A stretch of 64,000 bases of DNA from Octopus bimaculoides (taxonomy: Eukaryota). Under the pieces are notes generated by a model. The model saw only the letters and a list, made by a program, of their open reading frames with translations. It had not been told where the DNA came from and ran no database searches. Positions 1-13,277 of the stretch are shown piece after piece (position 1 is the first letter of the stretch; each line of letters opens with the position of its first letter). The stretch spans positions 26,937,345-27,001,344 of the forward strand of contig NC_068981.1 of assembly GCF_001194135.2 (NCBI RefSeq). Reading direction: 5' to 3'. Position numbers and translations under genes: made by a program.

Positions 1-79
1 CCCCCCCCCCAAAGCTCTACTTTGTAATTTGTCCATTTTCTGTATTTAGCCCTGTGTGGCTATAATAAAAAGATATCTA

Positions 80-119
<40 letters not shown>

Positions 120-182
120 ATGATCTATGTATCGATATATATGTGTGTTTGTGTGTATATATATATAGATATATGTTTATAT

Positions 183-230
<48 letters not shown>

Positions 231-245
231 ATATATATATATACA

Positions 246-456
246 TTCTTTTATTCGTTTATTTGTTTCAGTCATTTGACTGCGGCCATGACGGAGCATT
301 ACCTTTAGTCGAACAAACCGACCCCAGGACTTATTCTTTGTAAATCTTTCAGTCTCTTTTGCCGAAACGCTAGATAACGGGGTTGTAAACGCACCAGCAT
401 TGCTTATCAAGTGATGGTAGGGGGACAAACACAGACACACAGACACACACACACAG

Positions 457-488
<32 letters not shown>

Positions 489-670
489 ACTCACACACAC
501 ACACACGCACACACACAAACACACATATACGACGGCCTTTTTTCAGATTCCTCCTTTGGTCGAACCTAGGCTATAGTAGAAGACGCCTGCCTAAATTGCC
601 ATGTAGTGCGACTGAACCTAGTACCATGTGGTTGGGAAGCAAGCTTTTTATCACACAACCACACCAGCGC
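246..670 (-). mobile_element. SINE family A (octopus tRNA-headed SINE with internal CA/TA microsatellite), near full length
   Basis: Reverse complement matches the + copy at 47585-47993 (cagtcatttgactgcggccatg...gaccccaggacttattc...gactgaacc...accatgtggttgg...aagc). Family identity is from recall of octopus SINEs. Confidence 0.85.
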
Positions 671-1089
671 GTATATAAAAATTTATACGAGACTTTATAC
701 ACATGTATGTTCTCATTGATGCATGTACGACTCATGCATGCACGCACGCACAAACACACACACACACACACACACGCACGCAAGAACACGCATTTATAAC
801 TTACGCACAATTGATTATTTAAAGAAAGAAATTAGCAATAATATCAACACTTATAACAATGAGGAAACTGTAAATTTGGCGACGTTTACGACAATGATGA
901 TGATTGCCAAGCCGTGTGTGATGGCTACTACTAGAATTATGATGATGATTAATATGTTGGTGTTGGTAGTGATAATGGTGGGTAGTAAAACTGGTGGTAG
1001 TAACGTTGACGATATTATGATGATGATGAGAATACAATGATAATAATGATATCAAGGAAAAACACATAAAGCAAGCAATATTCCTTAAA

Positions 1090-1262
1090 AAAAAAATTTA
1101 GTCCTTCAACGACTACTACTGCTTCTGCAGCTGTGACTATAGCTACTGCCTCTACTTCTCTTCTTCACCTCTTCCGCCACCTCCACCTCCTCCTCTTTTT
1201 ACTACTACTACTGCTACTACCACTACTACTACTATTACTACTACTACTACTACTATTATTAC

Positions 1263-1295
<33 letters not shown>

Positions 1296-1308
1296 TACCA
1301 CCACTACC

Positions 1309-1356
<48 letters not shown>

Positions 1357-1357
1357 G

Positions 1358-1406
<49 letters not shown>

Positions 1407-1447
1407 CGATGACGCTGTCACTACCGCTACCGCTGCTGCTGCTATAT
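1090..1447. repeat. Compound trinucleotide microsatellite (CTA)n/(CCA)n/(CTC)n
   Basis: Directly visible; explains the poly-L and poly-V ORFs. Confidence 0.97.
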
Positions 1448-1591
1448 TAATGATAATAATGAAATTCGTGTTAGGAGTGACTGATAGCAAACAATATCTT
1501 TTAAAAATTTACTTTAAATTGTAAATGAAATTTAAAATAAAATGCATATTCAAAAAAAATCTAAATAAAATTATGCTGATAGATAATTACT

Positions 1592-1811
1592 CTTTTACAC
1601 TTTTACTTCTTTCAGTCATTTGAGTGAGGCCATGCTGTAGCACCGCCTTTTAGTCGAGCAAATAGACCCCAGGATTTATTTTTTGTAAGCCTAGTACTTA
1701 TTCTATCGGTCTCTTTTGCCGAACCACTAAGTTACGGGGACGTAAAGACACACCAGCATCGGTTGTCAAGTGATGTTGGGGAGACAAACACAGGCACACA
1801 AACATATACAC

Positions 1812-1842
<31 letters not shown>

Positions 1843-1843
1843 T

Positions 1844-1888
<45 letters not shown>
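1592..1888 (-). mobile_element. SINE family A, 3' half; the rest is lost in a gap
   Basis: cagtcatttgagtgaggccatgctgtagcaccgccttttagtcgagcaaatagaccccagg... followed by (CA)n running into Ns. Confidence 0.85.
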
Positions 1889-2237
1889 NNNNNNNNNNNN
1901 NNNNNNNNNNNNNNNNNNNNNNNNNNNNNNNNNNNNNNNNNNNNNNNNNNNNNNNNNNNNNNNNNNNNNNNNNNNNNNNNNNNNNNNNNNNNNNNNNNNN
2001 NNNNNNNNNNNNNNNNNNNNNNNNNNNNNNNNNNNNNNNNNNNNNNNNNNNNNNNNNNNNNNNNNNNNNNNNNNNNNNNNNNNNNNNNNNNNNNNNNNNN
2101 NNNNNNNNNNNNNNNNNNNNNNNNNNNNNNNNNNNNNNNNNNNNNNNNNNNNNNNNNNNNNNNNNNNNNNNNNNNNNNNNNNNNNNNNNNNNNNNNNNNN
2201 NNNNNNNNNNNNNNNNNNNNNNNNNNNNNNNNNNNNN
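1889..2237. other. Assembly gap (others at 9849-10112, 47174-47576, 50282-50341, 52903-53241, 55005-55176, 61501-61565, 63239-63540)
   Basis: Runs of N, nearly all bordered by CA/TA/GA microsatellites. Confidence 0.99.
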
Positions 2238-2331
2238 TAATAGAAACCCTTAACATTTTGTAAACCGGACAGTAATTTAAGAAAGTATGTAATTATAGTC
2301 ACATTGTATTGTAAAATCTCACAGTATCTTA

Positions 2332-2332
<1 letters not shown>

Positions 2333-2388
<56 letters not shown>

Positions 2389-2488
2389 GTTGGGTTTTCC
2401 TTAATTCTTTCTTCAGATTTTCTTCCATTTCTCGCTGAGTGTTTTCCGTACACCTAGGGCAGAGAAACTCCTGTAGGGATGGTAAACC
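2333..2488 (-). mobile_element. Probable 3' end of an R4/Dong-like non-LTR element with (AAT)n tail
   Basis: (ATT)n at 2333-2388 abuts tctcgctgagtgttttccgtacacctagggcagagaaact, which I recall as an octopus LINE 3' end; not verified. Confidence 0.5.
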
Positions 2489-2559
2489 TGGTGGTGGTGG
2501 TGGTGGTGGTGGTGATGATGATGATGATGATGATGATGATACTGGAATATGTGCGGCAA

Positions 2560-2748
2560 AGACATATACTTTCTTGGCACAGGAAGAAATACTACTTAGA
2601 GAACAAACAGGATTTAGGAAGAGTTCTCAGAGTACGAAGGATCACTTGGTCACCGATAAAAACAGTTTTGAGGCATTGCAAAAATAATATCATACAAATA
2701 TGTTTATGTCTTGGATTGACTTTAAGAAAGCATATGATATGAGGGAGA
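2560..2748 (+). mobile_element. R4/Dong-clade reverse transcriptase fragment (frameshifted)
   Basis: Joined frames give EEILLREQTGFRKSSQSTKDHLVTDK/TVLRHCKNN/HTNMFMSWIDFKKAYDM, matching the RT EQKGCR..GTKDQLLIDK and AWIDYKKAYD motifs. Confidence 0.85.
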
Positions 2749-3833
2749 GATGTGAGATCATTCATAAAATATATGTTCTGCTAGAATTAGCAATTGCTAA
2801 TTGCTTCTTAAACAAGAACGGAGACATTACAATATATAAACCTAGATAGATGTTTGTTTCAAAATACCACGAATTGTTAAGAACTCGGCCAGATTTGATA
2901 ATTGGTCTGATAGATCTGAATTATCATGGAGCGGAACTCGACGGACAATACGATTGGTTGCAATAGAATTAATAGATATTACAAAATAAATGTATCTTCA
3001 AAGATGTGCGTGTTTGTATTTATACACATTTGTGCACTTATTCTCTCGTTATTTTCATCATCATCCTCATCCTCCTCATCATCATCATCATCATAATCAT
3101 CATCATCATCATCATAATAATCATCAATTTTGTGATTTGCCACTGAAATGCGTTGCTTAGGATCCGTTTCGGGTTTTCGCCGTTTTATGTTCTTCCATTC
3201 TTAGCATTTGTTGGCATGTTGTGCGCGTAAAAAAATAATGGTATATTTTATAAACAGCGTTGTATTTTATGATTGCACATATGGAATTGATTTTGCATAT
3301 CTCCATAGGGAGAACGATAATTCGAATCGGGTGATCTAAGATGAATTTGAACGTACATCGGGGCATTGGGAATCATATAATATAATATATTATATTGACA
3401 TACATATCTTTTAATACATTGTGACGGCTGCCTTGCACAAAATGCGCTGAGATTACTCTATAGCAGTAACTGAATTTTGAGCACCATTTTGTCATTATTT
3501 TCAATAACTGACAAGGAAATGAAGAAAATCGTAATTTCCATCAAATGAAATATAAATGAATAAATCAAAGACAAAAAATTAAAGTAAAAAAATAAAATAA
3601 ATCCTAACGTTTTTTTTTTCTTTTTTCACACATAACGCAGAATATTCCAATGTGTAATGATGTAATGAATGAGAATAATCAGATCAAATTTGGTACGTTT
3701 GAAAGCAATGTCATCGGGAATTGTGAACGATACCCAAATACCCGTTTTATTGTTGTTCTGCAACATTTAGTCCTTTTATTGTTTTGTGAAAATTATTGTG
3801 ATTCACTGCCAGTTCACTAGTATTTTCTCCCAG

Positions 3834-4000
3834 GTTTCAAAACCATGAATTACTGGCAATTTCAATATAACATCCTTGTCAGCACAGATTTGAAGGTTGA
3901 ACATATTCATACTGATGTTGTTGAACCTAAATTTGACACTAACAGACATGTACAATATTTCCATAAATTACGCTGTTACCCCATCGAGAACCGGCTTTGA
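3834..4000 (+). CDS. Candidate terminal coding exon, unidentified product
   Basis: Acceptor tattttctcccag|G; 54 open codons (G)FKTMNYWQFQYNILVSTDLKVEHIHTDVVEPKFDTNRHVQYFHKLRCYPIENRL*; in-frame stop just upstream of the acceptor; AATAAA motifs near 4086 and 4137. Confidence 0.45.
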
Positions 4001-5125
4001 GCATGTTTTTGTTTCATTTAGTGAATTTGTTCACATTAATTGTAGAATGTTCTTCCATTACTACCATTTCAATAGAGTAAAAGTAATAAATTGCTTTTTG
4101 TCACGGCAGTGACTATATGATAGTTGAGCTTTAGCAAATAAAATGGTCGCCATGTGAATGCTTTTGCCGAAGTTAAAATATAAATACTGTAATATTGGAT
4201 GTTATATTTTTATAGTAACATAGCAATATATGAATCTGAATAAATGTCTCTTCTATTGGTACTTATTACGTAATTTTGCGTGCATTTATATAAATATGGC
4301 CTGTTATATACATCGTTATATACTTACCTGAATAATACAGGAAATTAACAAAGTTGAAGCTTTTTCTTAAATGCCTTGCTGCATTTGCCCCAGCTTGTGC
4401 TCTCGAAGTACAAGTCCCCCTGAGATCAATATTGAATTTTAGCCTCTCGAGTTCGACACAGAGCTGGGAACTATGTTACACTCTCTCACTCCTGTCTCAT
4501 TTCTATCTGGAAGAAATTAGCTGTTAGTCTGGAACTGAAACGGGGTGGCTTCAGAAACATTTAAAATAAACTTGACACGCTGTTTATCACAAGGACGCTC
4601 ATACAATTTTTTCAGAATTTGAGGGCTTCTCTCGAATTTCTGCTTTTAGTGCTAGACATATAGAGCTGTTGAAATAGATCTAGCGGGTATCCCAAACCAG
4701 GGTCATTTACGTTGACTTTGTTATATTTACTGAGATTGACATTGAAGAAGGTAAAAATTGGACCTTTGTTTTTCGTTTAAACTTCAATATATACTAGATA
4801 TTAAAATTATTAAATATTTATTAGCCAATTATATCAACTCCTATTACCTACTGCATATGTGAAAATGACATTTCAATGAATTGCAAGCATTGTATTTGCT
4901 CCTGAAACAAACGTTTTATACTTAAAATCAGATCTCACGCAATTCACACCCTACTCTATTACGTATGAGGCGAGAGAAACTAGTAATAATTGGTTAGACA
5001 TGATAGACATATCTCCATGAAAATGAATGCTGCAGACCTACGTATACATTTGTATGAGTAGTTAAACATCCTCTTCATAGAAGGTTGATCAACCTGCAAT
5101 AGCAGCATTGTTTTATCTCCTGCCT

Positions 5126-5346
5126 TGTACTTGTTTCAAGTCATTAAACAGCGGCCATGCTCGGGCACCGCAGCTAAGAATCTTAGTCGAGCAAATCGAC
5201 CTCAGTACTTATTATTATCATTCTTTTTAAGACTAGTGCTTATTCTATATGTCACTTTTGTGAAACCGCTACGTTACGGGGACGTAAACAACGCAACACA
5301 AGTTATCAAGTGGTGGGATACATATACAGATACAAATACACACGCA

Positions 5347-5386
<40 letters not shown>

Positions 5387-5389
5387 TAA

Positions 5390-5440
<51 letters not shown>

Positions 5441-5852
5441 CATATAATGATATCTACCAAATGTATTGGTAGGATAAAACATGTAATCGTTACCAAAATA
5501 TCAAAAATTCGTCCACAAAGGTCTATAGTAAACTCCTTATTAATCGATCTCCTTGGTTATATATCAACACATTTTAATAAGAGCTTTGGCGCTAAATCCT
5601 TATATATTAAACGTATACATAGGTAATAAATGTATACATAAGTAATGTATACATAGGTATTAAACTTTAATATATATGGATTTAGCATCAAATCTCTTAT
5701 TAAAATTTGTTGATATATATATATACGACAGGCTTCTTTCAGTTTCCGTCTACTAAATTCACTCACCACGATTTGGTCGACCCGAAACCCTAGTAAAATA
5801 TACGTGCTGAAGGCTCCATGCAGTTGGACTGAAATCGAGACCATTTGGCTGG
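5126..5852 (-). mobile_element. SINE family A split by an insertion in its central microsatellite
   Basis: 3' half at ~5126-5400 and 5' half at ~5722-5852 (tacgacaggcttctttcagtttccgtctac...ggactgaaatcgagacc), separated by unique/palindromic DNA. Confidence 0.8.
5558..5719. mobile_element. Palindromic MITE-like insert
   Basis: ~52 bp inverted arms (tatatcaacacattttaataagagctttggcgctaaatcc / ggatttagcatcaaatctcttattaaaatttgttgatata), TA flanks, central gtatacataggtaat repeats. Confidence 0.7.
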
Positions 5853-6192
5853 TTTATTACCTCGTGGACTACTCTTTCATTTGGATACCTTTCCAATTGT
5901 ACAACGTAAATGTAGAAGAAGACAAGCCATACTTTTAGAAAATGCGTTATAGATGCCCTACTTTTGAGAAAATGTATTATTTAAAAATCATATTTAAACT
6001 TCAGTGTCATTTCCAAATACGCTATTTTACAGTTAGTCTACCGGCTAAATATTAGGTTTTATTTCTTGAAAACATTATTTTAATGTATTTGCAGCAAATA
6101 AAACATAAAGGAAGAAATATATGAATATATAAACATATTACAAGTAATGGTATGAAATTTCAGCATAAGGCTATAATAATGGCTGAAAACTT

Positions 6193-6392
6193 TCGCCACA
6201 AAGCCAGCAGTATTTTGAGGGGAGCGGAAAGTTGATTACATTGGTCTAATTTTCAACTGGTATTTATTTGATCGATACCAAATACGAAAGGCAAAGTTGA
6301 CTTCGGCGGAATTTGAACTTAGATCTAAAAACAGACGGAATGCCGCTAAGCATTTTACCCGATCTACTAACGGTTCTGTCAGCTTGCCGCCT
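6193..6392 (-). mobile_element. SINE family B (ggcggcgagctggcaga head)
   Basis: Reverse complement of the head and of the central gcctttc..gtcgataaa..gtaccag block seen at 23383. Confidence 0.85.
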
Positions 6393-9011
6393 TTATATGT
6401 ATAAATGAATAATAAAGCCCGTCTCTATACAAAAATTAATACTTAGCTATAATATACAGATATGTTCATTAAATATACTAACTCTGCTCTCGTATCAAAA
6501 TCGAAACGACAGTCAGGATACACATCTGCAGTTCATTTTGATAACCTACACATGAACCTGTTAAACAGGGGAAGAAAAAATTAAAGAAATCACTTATGTA
6601 TCATTAGGATGTAGAGTAACTAATGCCACGGAGACCAAAGGAAACAGAAACGAAATATGTCTTCTTGAAGTCTATTAAATATGGCATTATTTAACTTGTA
6701 ATCAGTTTTATTAATAGTTAAAGGAGCCAAATATCATTCATTTATTCCCACCATATTTCACTTTTAGTGTTTATTAACAAACAAATCTTTGTGTACGTTC
6801 ATATATATATATATATGTGTGTGTATGTGTGCTTGCGTAATAATGTGCCTGTGTGCTTGCGTATTCATGTGTATGCATAAATATATATATAAATATACTT
6901 AGAATATCGATTGATATAAGTAATGTCTACATATATCTATAGCATGTGGTTGTACACTTAAACGTGAATGCTATATATATATATGTGTGTGTTTATAAAA
7001 TTACAGTCTTTTGTGCGTGTGTATTTATGCGTGTATGTGAGTATGTATATGTGTTTGTATGTGTGTGTGTATTTGTATATGTGTGTTTGTGAGTGCATGT
7101 CTGAGTGTGTGTTAAGTCTTATGACCTTAGAACTAATGGTATTTGGTTCATGACCATAAGGGCACGTGTTCGATGTGCCTCTTACTACATGGTGCCGCTC
7201 TGTTGAGTTGAAAAGGATTAGAAGCCTAATGCTGGAGCCGCATTACCTCATAACTGGCTAGCATACTCTAGACAATTCCACTGAGTTGATTGGTCGGATG
7301 GTGGAGACCTTGTCTAACTCTACTTGTGATTAAATAAACATCGAAAATAGTTGGATTAAAGCATAGTACACGGTATCAAATCATACTCGCATCTGAGTGA
7401 CTAATTTTTAGACATTGTTCAAACCATACAAATACATGAGTGTTTGCATGTGTGTGTGTGCGCACACACGCGTTTGTGTGCGTGCGTGTACATAGATACA
7501 TATAAATATAATGACACGCTCACACACATACTTACATATACAAGAGTTTTGTTTGCTTGAAACATTGTGGCACATATAGAAACTTAGCATGTTATTGAAA
7601 GAATTAGGACGGTAGAGACAACATTTAATTAAAAAAATAGAAATTGAAGTGAATTTTTTAAAATGTGGTATTAGACATATTTGATTATTTGGTATAAATC
7701 TTGTGTAGTTTTATTACAAACACTTTGAAACGTGAGCAGAGAAGTTCGTGTTCCGTAGTCTTGCCGTCATGGTTGGGTGATTTGTATGCACGACGTTATA
7801 AGGTCATATCATGTGTTTTTGGAATATGATATGGATGTGTTGCTGTTGTCCTTGATTCTGATGTATAATAACCAAATTTCGCTACTGGTGAAAGGCCCAT
7901 TGCCTTTTGATGAAACCAAAGATTTAGGCATCAATCAATGGGACTTCAGTTACTCAAGGTTGATTTGGCATCTAAATATGAATACGGAAACTTTCGTAAG
8001 GTTGTTGTTGAGAAATGGCACTGTGCATGCATTATTTCTCTCTTCAACGCTGATAATTATCAAAGGAAAATTGGACCGTTTCAAGCTCTTTTCTTGTGTC
8101 GTTAGACTTTATCGTCAGAACATAAACAGGCGCAACAGACACCACAAAGTATTTTAAACGCTTCTTCAGAAATTCTACTCAACTTACCACCTAAGTTATT
8201 ACTACTTTCTTAAAGTGACGGAACAAATACCGCTTAAAATTTCGCTGCCAACCACCGCACATGCACCCCGACACACACACGCACACAGACATGCACGCAC
8301 ATACACACACACACTCACAAGCAAGCACAAATAGACACACATGCAAATTTACGCGCGTGTGTATGATTATGAATTAATTTCATATAGAGAACTTTTTTAT
8401 CATTTTTAGTCTTGTTACAGAGAACAACTTTATATATTATGAGAAAAAGGAGAACCTCTACATGTCAATTCTCCCTGCAGGAAATCGTAACCGAATCCCA
8501 CTCAGCCCAAATTTTTACTACATTAATATGAATGACACGTGCATAATATAAACATAATCAAAGTTCATTTACAATTCTTTTATTCTCTTGCTTATTTCAG
8601 TCATTTGACTATGGCCATGCTGGAGCACCGCCTTGAAATGCAATGGGTGAAATGAAATGGGTGACAACTGAAACCATCTTACATCATCTCATACGGACTA
8701 TTTTTGCGTATACGAACAGAAATCCGTGTTCGTCAGTCATGGAAATTATGGAAAAAGAAACTAGGCACTGACTTGTCTGTTGTCTCTATATTAGATTAAC
8801 AAATTTTCTCGGTGGAAAAGGAATTTCTTTTTTGTCATGTCCACTCACAGTCATGGTTGTTTGAAACGATACGTTATGAAGATAGAAAGAACATGAATTC
8901 ATCTGAAATAGATGTAAGGATTAATAGAATATTTCGTAGAATATTTAGAATGATATTCAAATACATGTTTATATACTCATATATGAACAAACTCATGTAC
9001 ACATGCAGGCA

Positions 9012-9013
9012 GA

Positions 9014-9108
<95 letters not shown>

Positions 9109-9200
9109 GGCGGCCTGTATGACTGTCTGTCTGTCGGCCTGTATGACTGTCTGTATGTCTGCCTGCCTGTCTGTCTGTCTATCTGTCTGTCTGTCTGTTT
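9012..9200. repeat. (GTCT)n/(ATCT)n tetranucleotide microsatellite
   Basis: Directly visible. Confidence 0.95.
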
Positions 9201-10112
9201 CTTTGTGTACACACAAACACGCACACATGAACAATGCATATATGATGGGTATTATATATAAATATTTACATGTACTCGCATACACACACACACACACACA
9301 TACACACATAAATATAGTATGCTGTAATGGTTCTATACATATATACATACATGAAACTTGTAAAGTAATTAATATCCTAGGGCATGCATTTTTATTCTGT
9401 ATGAAGTACACAGGCAAGAAGCTTATGAATATGTTTTCTGGAATCTGAAAACTGATGTACAAGATCAAATCTTACATGTAATGCAACAAATATGTCATAC
9501 AATGGAAATATAAGAACGAGTACAGCTAAATTTCTTGAAGAGACATTCTCCTGTATATTATTTTTTCTTTCTCTTTATACAATGAAAAGTAAATGAGTTT
9601 CTAGAAACATCTCTTGTAATGTCAGCTCTACCCTTTAGTGAACTAATATTATTGTATGGGTGCTTAAAAACAGTGGCATTATTTTTATATGCATATATGT
9701 ATATAAATTATGCATATATCTATATATATTTATATAGGCGTATATGTCTATAACCAAAGACATATATATGTATACACTTCATACAGACGTATACTTAGAT
9801 GTATATTTTTATGCAAGATGTATATATATATATATACATATATATATANNNNNNNNNNNNNNNNNNNNNNNNNNNNNNNNNNNNNNNNNNNNNNNNNNNN
9901 NNNNNNNNNNNNNNNNNNNNNNNNNNNNNNNNNNNNNNNNNNNNNNNNNNNNNNNNNNNNNNNNNNNNNNNNNNNNNNNNNNNNNNNNNNNNNNNNNNNN
10001 NNNNNNNNNNNNNNNNNNNNNNNNNNNNNNNNNNNNNNNNNNNNNNNNNNNNNNNNNNNNNNNNNNNNNNNNNNNNNNNNNNNNNNNNNNNNNNNNNNNN
10101 NNNNNNNNNNNN

Positions 10113-10145
<33 letters not shown>

Positions 10146-11587
10146 TGTATACTTCATATATATATATATGTATGTATATGTATAAACGTGCGTGTATATG
10201 TATGTATGTATGTATGCATGCATGTATATATTTGTAATGCATACATTCATGAAAACACGCAGACACATATATAAGTATATTTAGTTTATATTTGTATTTC
10301 TCAAATGCAACAAGCGAGCACATTTTGTTCTCATAACTGTGTTAAGGTATTTATTCTGAACGAAAGACAATTTCCCTGCTAGAACTTATTGTAAAATAGA
10401 GATTATGGGAGGGAGAAGGGAAATAGAAAAAGCGAATATGGGTTTTGATAGACATTGCCAATCGCATACAACGCCATTACGTTTTCTATTTCCGGTACAT
10501 ATGCAAGGAAATAACTTGGATGTCTTTTCCAATACTTCATTTCTTTCCTTCTTTTCTTCTCTCGCTGTGTCTCTCATTCGCTGTTCGTTCAACTCTTTCT
10601 AGCTGTCTATATATTTCTATCTCATTCTTTCACTCCCAAACATACCTCCCACCGTATCACACTATTCATGCTAGCAAACATTCGCGTTTGTGCTATATAC
10701 GCAGGCAACAGACAAGAACAAAAGCATATTCACATCCATTGAGAAATGAGAAGATGGAGGTGGGGGTAGAAATGTGCAAATAACAAATGCAGATAGAAGA
10801 GAGAGATATGGAGAACAGCGTGAGAAGAAATCGGCAAAAGTAGAAAGGTAGTGAAAAGCGTGTCTACTTTCAAGCTCTTAATTATAGTGACAAGTTTATA
10901 CATTCATAACACAAATAGAATACACATGACCAAACACAGATACACCCATTCATACACCCTTACACATCCCATCACACACATACACATACGCGATACTGTG
11001 TCGCTCCGCGATTTGACACGCATGCACATAACTCCGCAATTTATCAGCACAATGACACCCGTGTTTAGTCAAACAAGTTTACTTCAAAACACACGCATGC
11101 CAAGACACACGTAAACGCACACGTGCGCTGTAAAATACACGTAAACGTATATACACATATGAACACTAAAACACATGCAGATATATTTAAACATGCTAAA
11201 AATTATCCACATGCATGCATAAACAAAAACACATTTACGAAACATAAGTTTTCGCACACGTTTGTAATCCCATAAAAAGAAATGTAAAGCAGTAAAAAAA
11301 AAGTGAAATAAAAATGAACATTGAAACGCATATTGTCAATACCTCATATGCTAACAAAATAACATGCATATATGCACACAAAACCACTTATACATTGTGT
11401 TTTCCCTCTTGTGAAGCATGCTGTTTGATTAGAAGCTTCTGGACAAAAGTGAGGAGAATGAATTAGAGAGGATAAAAGAAAGGAATAACTGAAAAAAGGA
11501 AGAAGGAGAGAATAAGAATATAATGTAGGAGTGGAACAACCGAAAGAATCGAAGAAATAATGTTGGAGTGAAAAAGATACAGATGGA

Positions 11588-11589
<2 letters not shown>

Positions 11590-11620
<31 letters not shown>

Positions 11621-11621
11621 G

Positions 11622-11685
<64 letters not shown>

Positions 11686-11935
11686 GATACAGACAGAGAA
11701 AGGGGAGAGAGTGAGAAAAAAGACAGAAATATTGAAAAAGAGACCGGCAAAGAAAAAGAAAGAAAGCGAGATAAATAAATAGAGATGAATGAGATAGAGA
11801 AATAGTGAGGAAGAGAGAGAGAGAGAGAGAGGGGGGAGAGGGAGAGAGAGAGAATAAGAGAAAGAGAGAGAGAGAGAGAGTAGGAGAACGAGCGACAAAC
11901 AGAGGAGAAGGAGAAAGAAGAAGAGAAAGTGGTGT
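11590..11935. repeat. (TA)n then (GA)n / GA-rich low complexity
   Basis: Directly visible. Confidence 0.95.
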
Positions 11936-12615
11936 TGAAAATAGAAGTCGTGTTGTTGCTCGTTACCGTTTCAACCAATGTATACCGAGCTGGTCCGGAA
12001 TTTCATTACTGCCCTGGGGATACTAATCACGGAGGGAAATAACAGCGGAAATGTGCCGATTAACAGTCACGTGGTATGGTTGCCAACAGTAAACAAGCTG
12101 ATAAAACATACCAAAAAAAAAAAAAGATGTACAGAACATGGAAAGTACTAAAATATGAAAGAAAGGGATTGAAATGTAATAAGAGATACGCAAATGAAAT
12201 AGAAAGACAGACAGAAGGAGAGAAAGATATAGTCAGACGGGAAGAGAAAAGAGTGAGAGAAAGCGAGAGAGAGAGAAAGAGAGAGTGAGATGGATTAGGA
12301 ATGGGTGAGATAAGAGTGAAGAAGAAAGGGAGTGTTATTCAATATTTAATCAGATAGGAGACTCGTGTAGCTTTGCCGGTATTCTGTGTGGAATTGTCGT
12401 TGCTGTGTTCATTTTAGATAGTCTCGATGGCACTAGGTTTTTTTGGTAAAGAGCGTACGGTGTTTGGAATGTGTTTATTGCAACGAAAGTAAAATAAATT
12501 ACAAAGAAATTCTAAAAAGCAATAACTAAATAAACACTGACATGTATATATGCGTGTATATGGGTGCGTGTGTGTGTATAAGTAAATAAACTATTGTTCA
12601 CATTTAACTTCCTAT

Positions 12616-12712
<97 letters not shown>

Positions 12713-13099
12713 TTGCAAGGCTGTTTGTGTAAGAAGAGAGAACTTCGATGGTTATAGACAACGAAACTAGGTCCCAATAGTCATATAATGTTAAATATAG
12801 GTAAAATGATAAAATGAAAGTTAAATAGCAACCGCAGATATGAACCAAAAAGTATAGAACTGTTTAGTTTGGCATCAAATGGAAAATCACAACGAACACT
12901 TCAAATTCATAAGAAAATGATGATAATAAATGACAAAGCATTTGGATATCTGATCAAAAAATTATTTCGTCTTGCTTTTCACGAAATAATATTAACAATA
13001 ACGATATGAAATTAATAATCATTTCTTTATTTTGCCAAAATGCAATGGGTGAAGGGAAATTGGTAAAACGAAGTTGGTGTTTCAAAGAATATTACTCAT

Positions 13100-13105
13100 C
13101 ACTGA

Positions 13106-13146
<41 letters not shown>

Positions 13147-13233
13147 CCGTCATCACCATCCTCGTCATCACCATGATCCTCCTGCTCCTGCTGCTCCTCC
13201 CTCTGCTCCTCCTCCTCCTCCTCCTCCTCCTCC

Positions 13234-13276
<43 letters not shown>

Positions 13277-13277
13277 T
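13100..13277. repeat. (CAT)n/(CTC)n microsatellite
   Basis: Directly visible. Confidence 0.95.

Noticed and set aside
860-935. GNCKFGDVYDNDDDCQAVCDGYY, vaguely like a Kunitz C-terminus
   Set aside because: Bounded by stops, no splice sites, and embedded in degenerate (GAT)n sequence.
7120-7210. aagggcac/gtgcctctt hairpin as a miRNA or tRNA
   Set aside because: Stem too short and interrupted; more likely a decayed SINE head (gttcgat B-box-like).
7777-8157. 126-aa ORF
   Set aside because: No recognisable motif, non-ATG start and no splice support; cannot be distinguished from chance.
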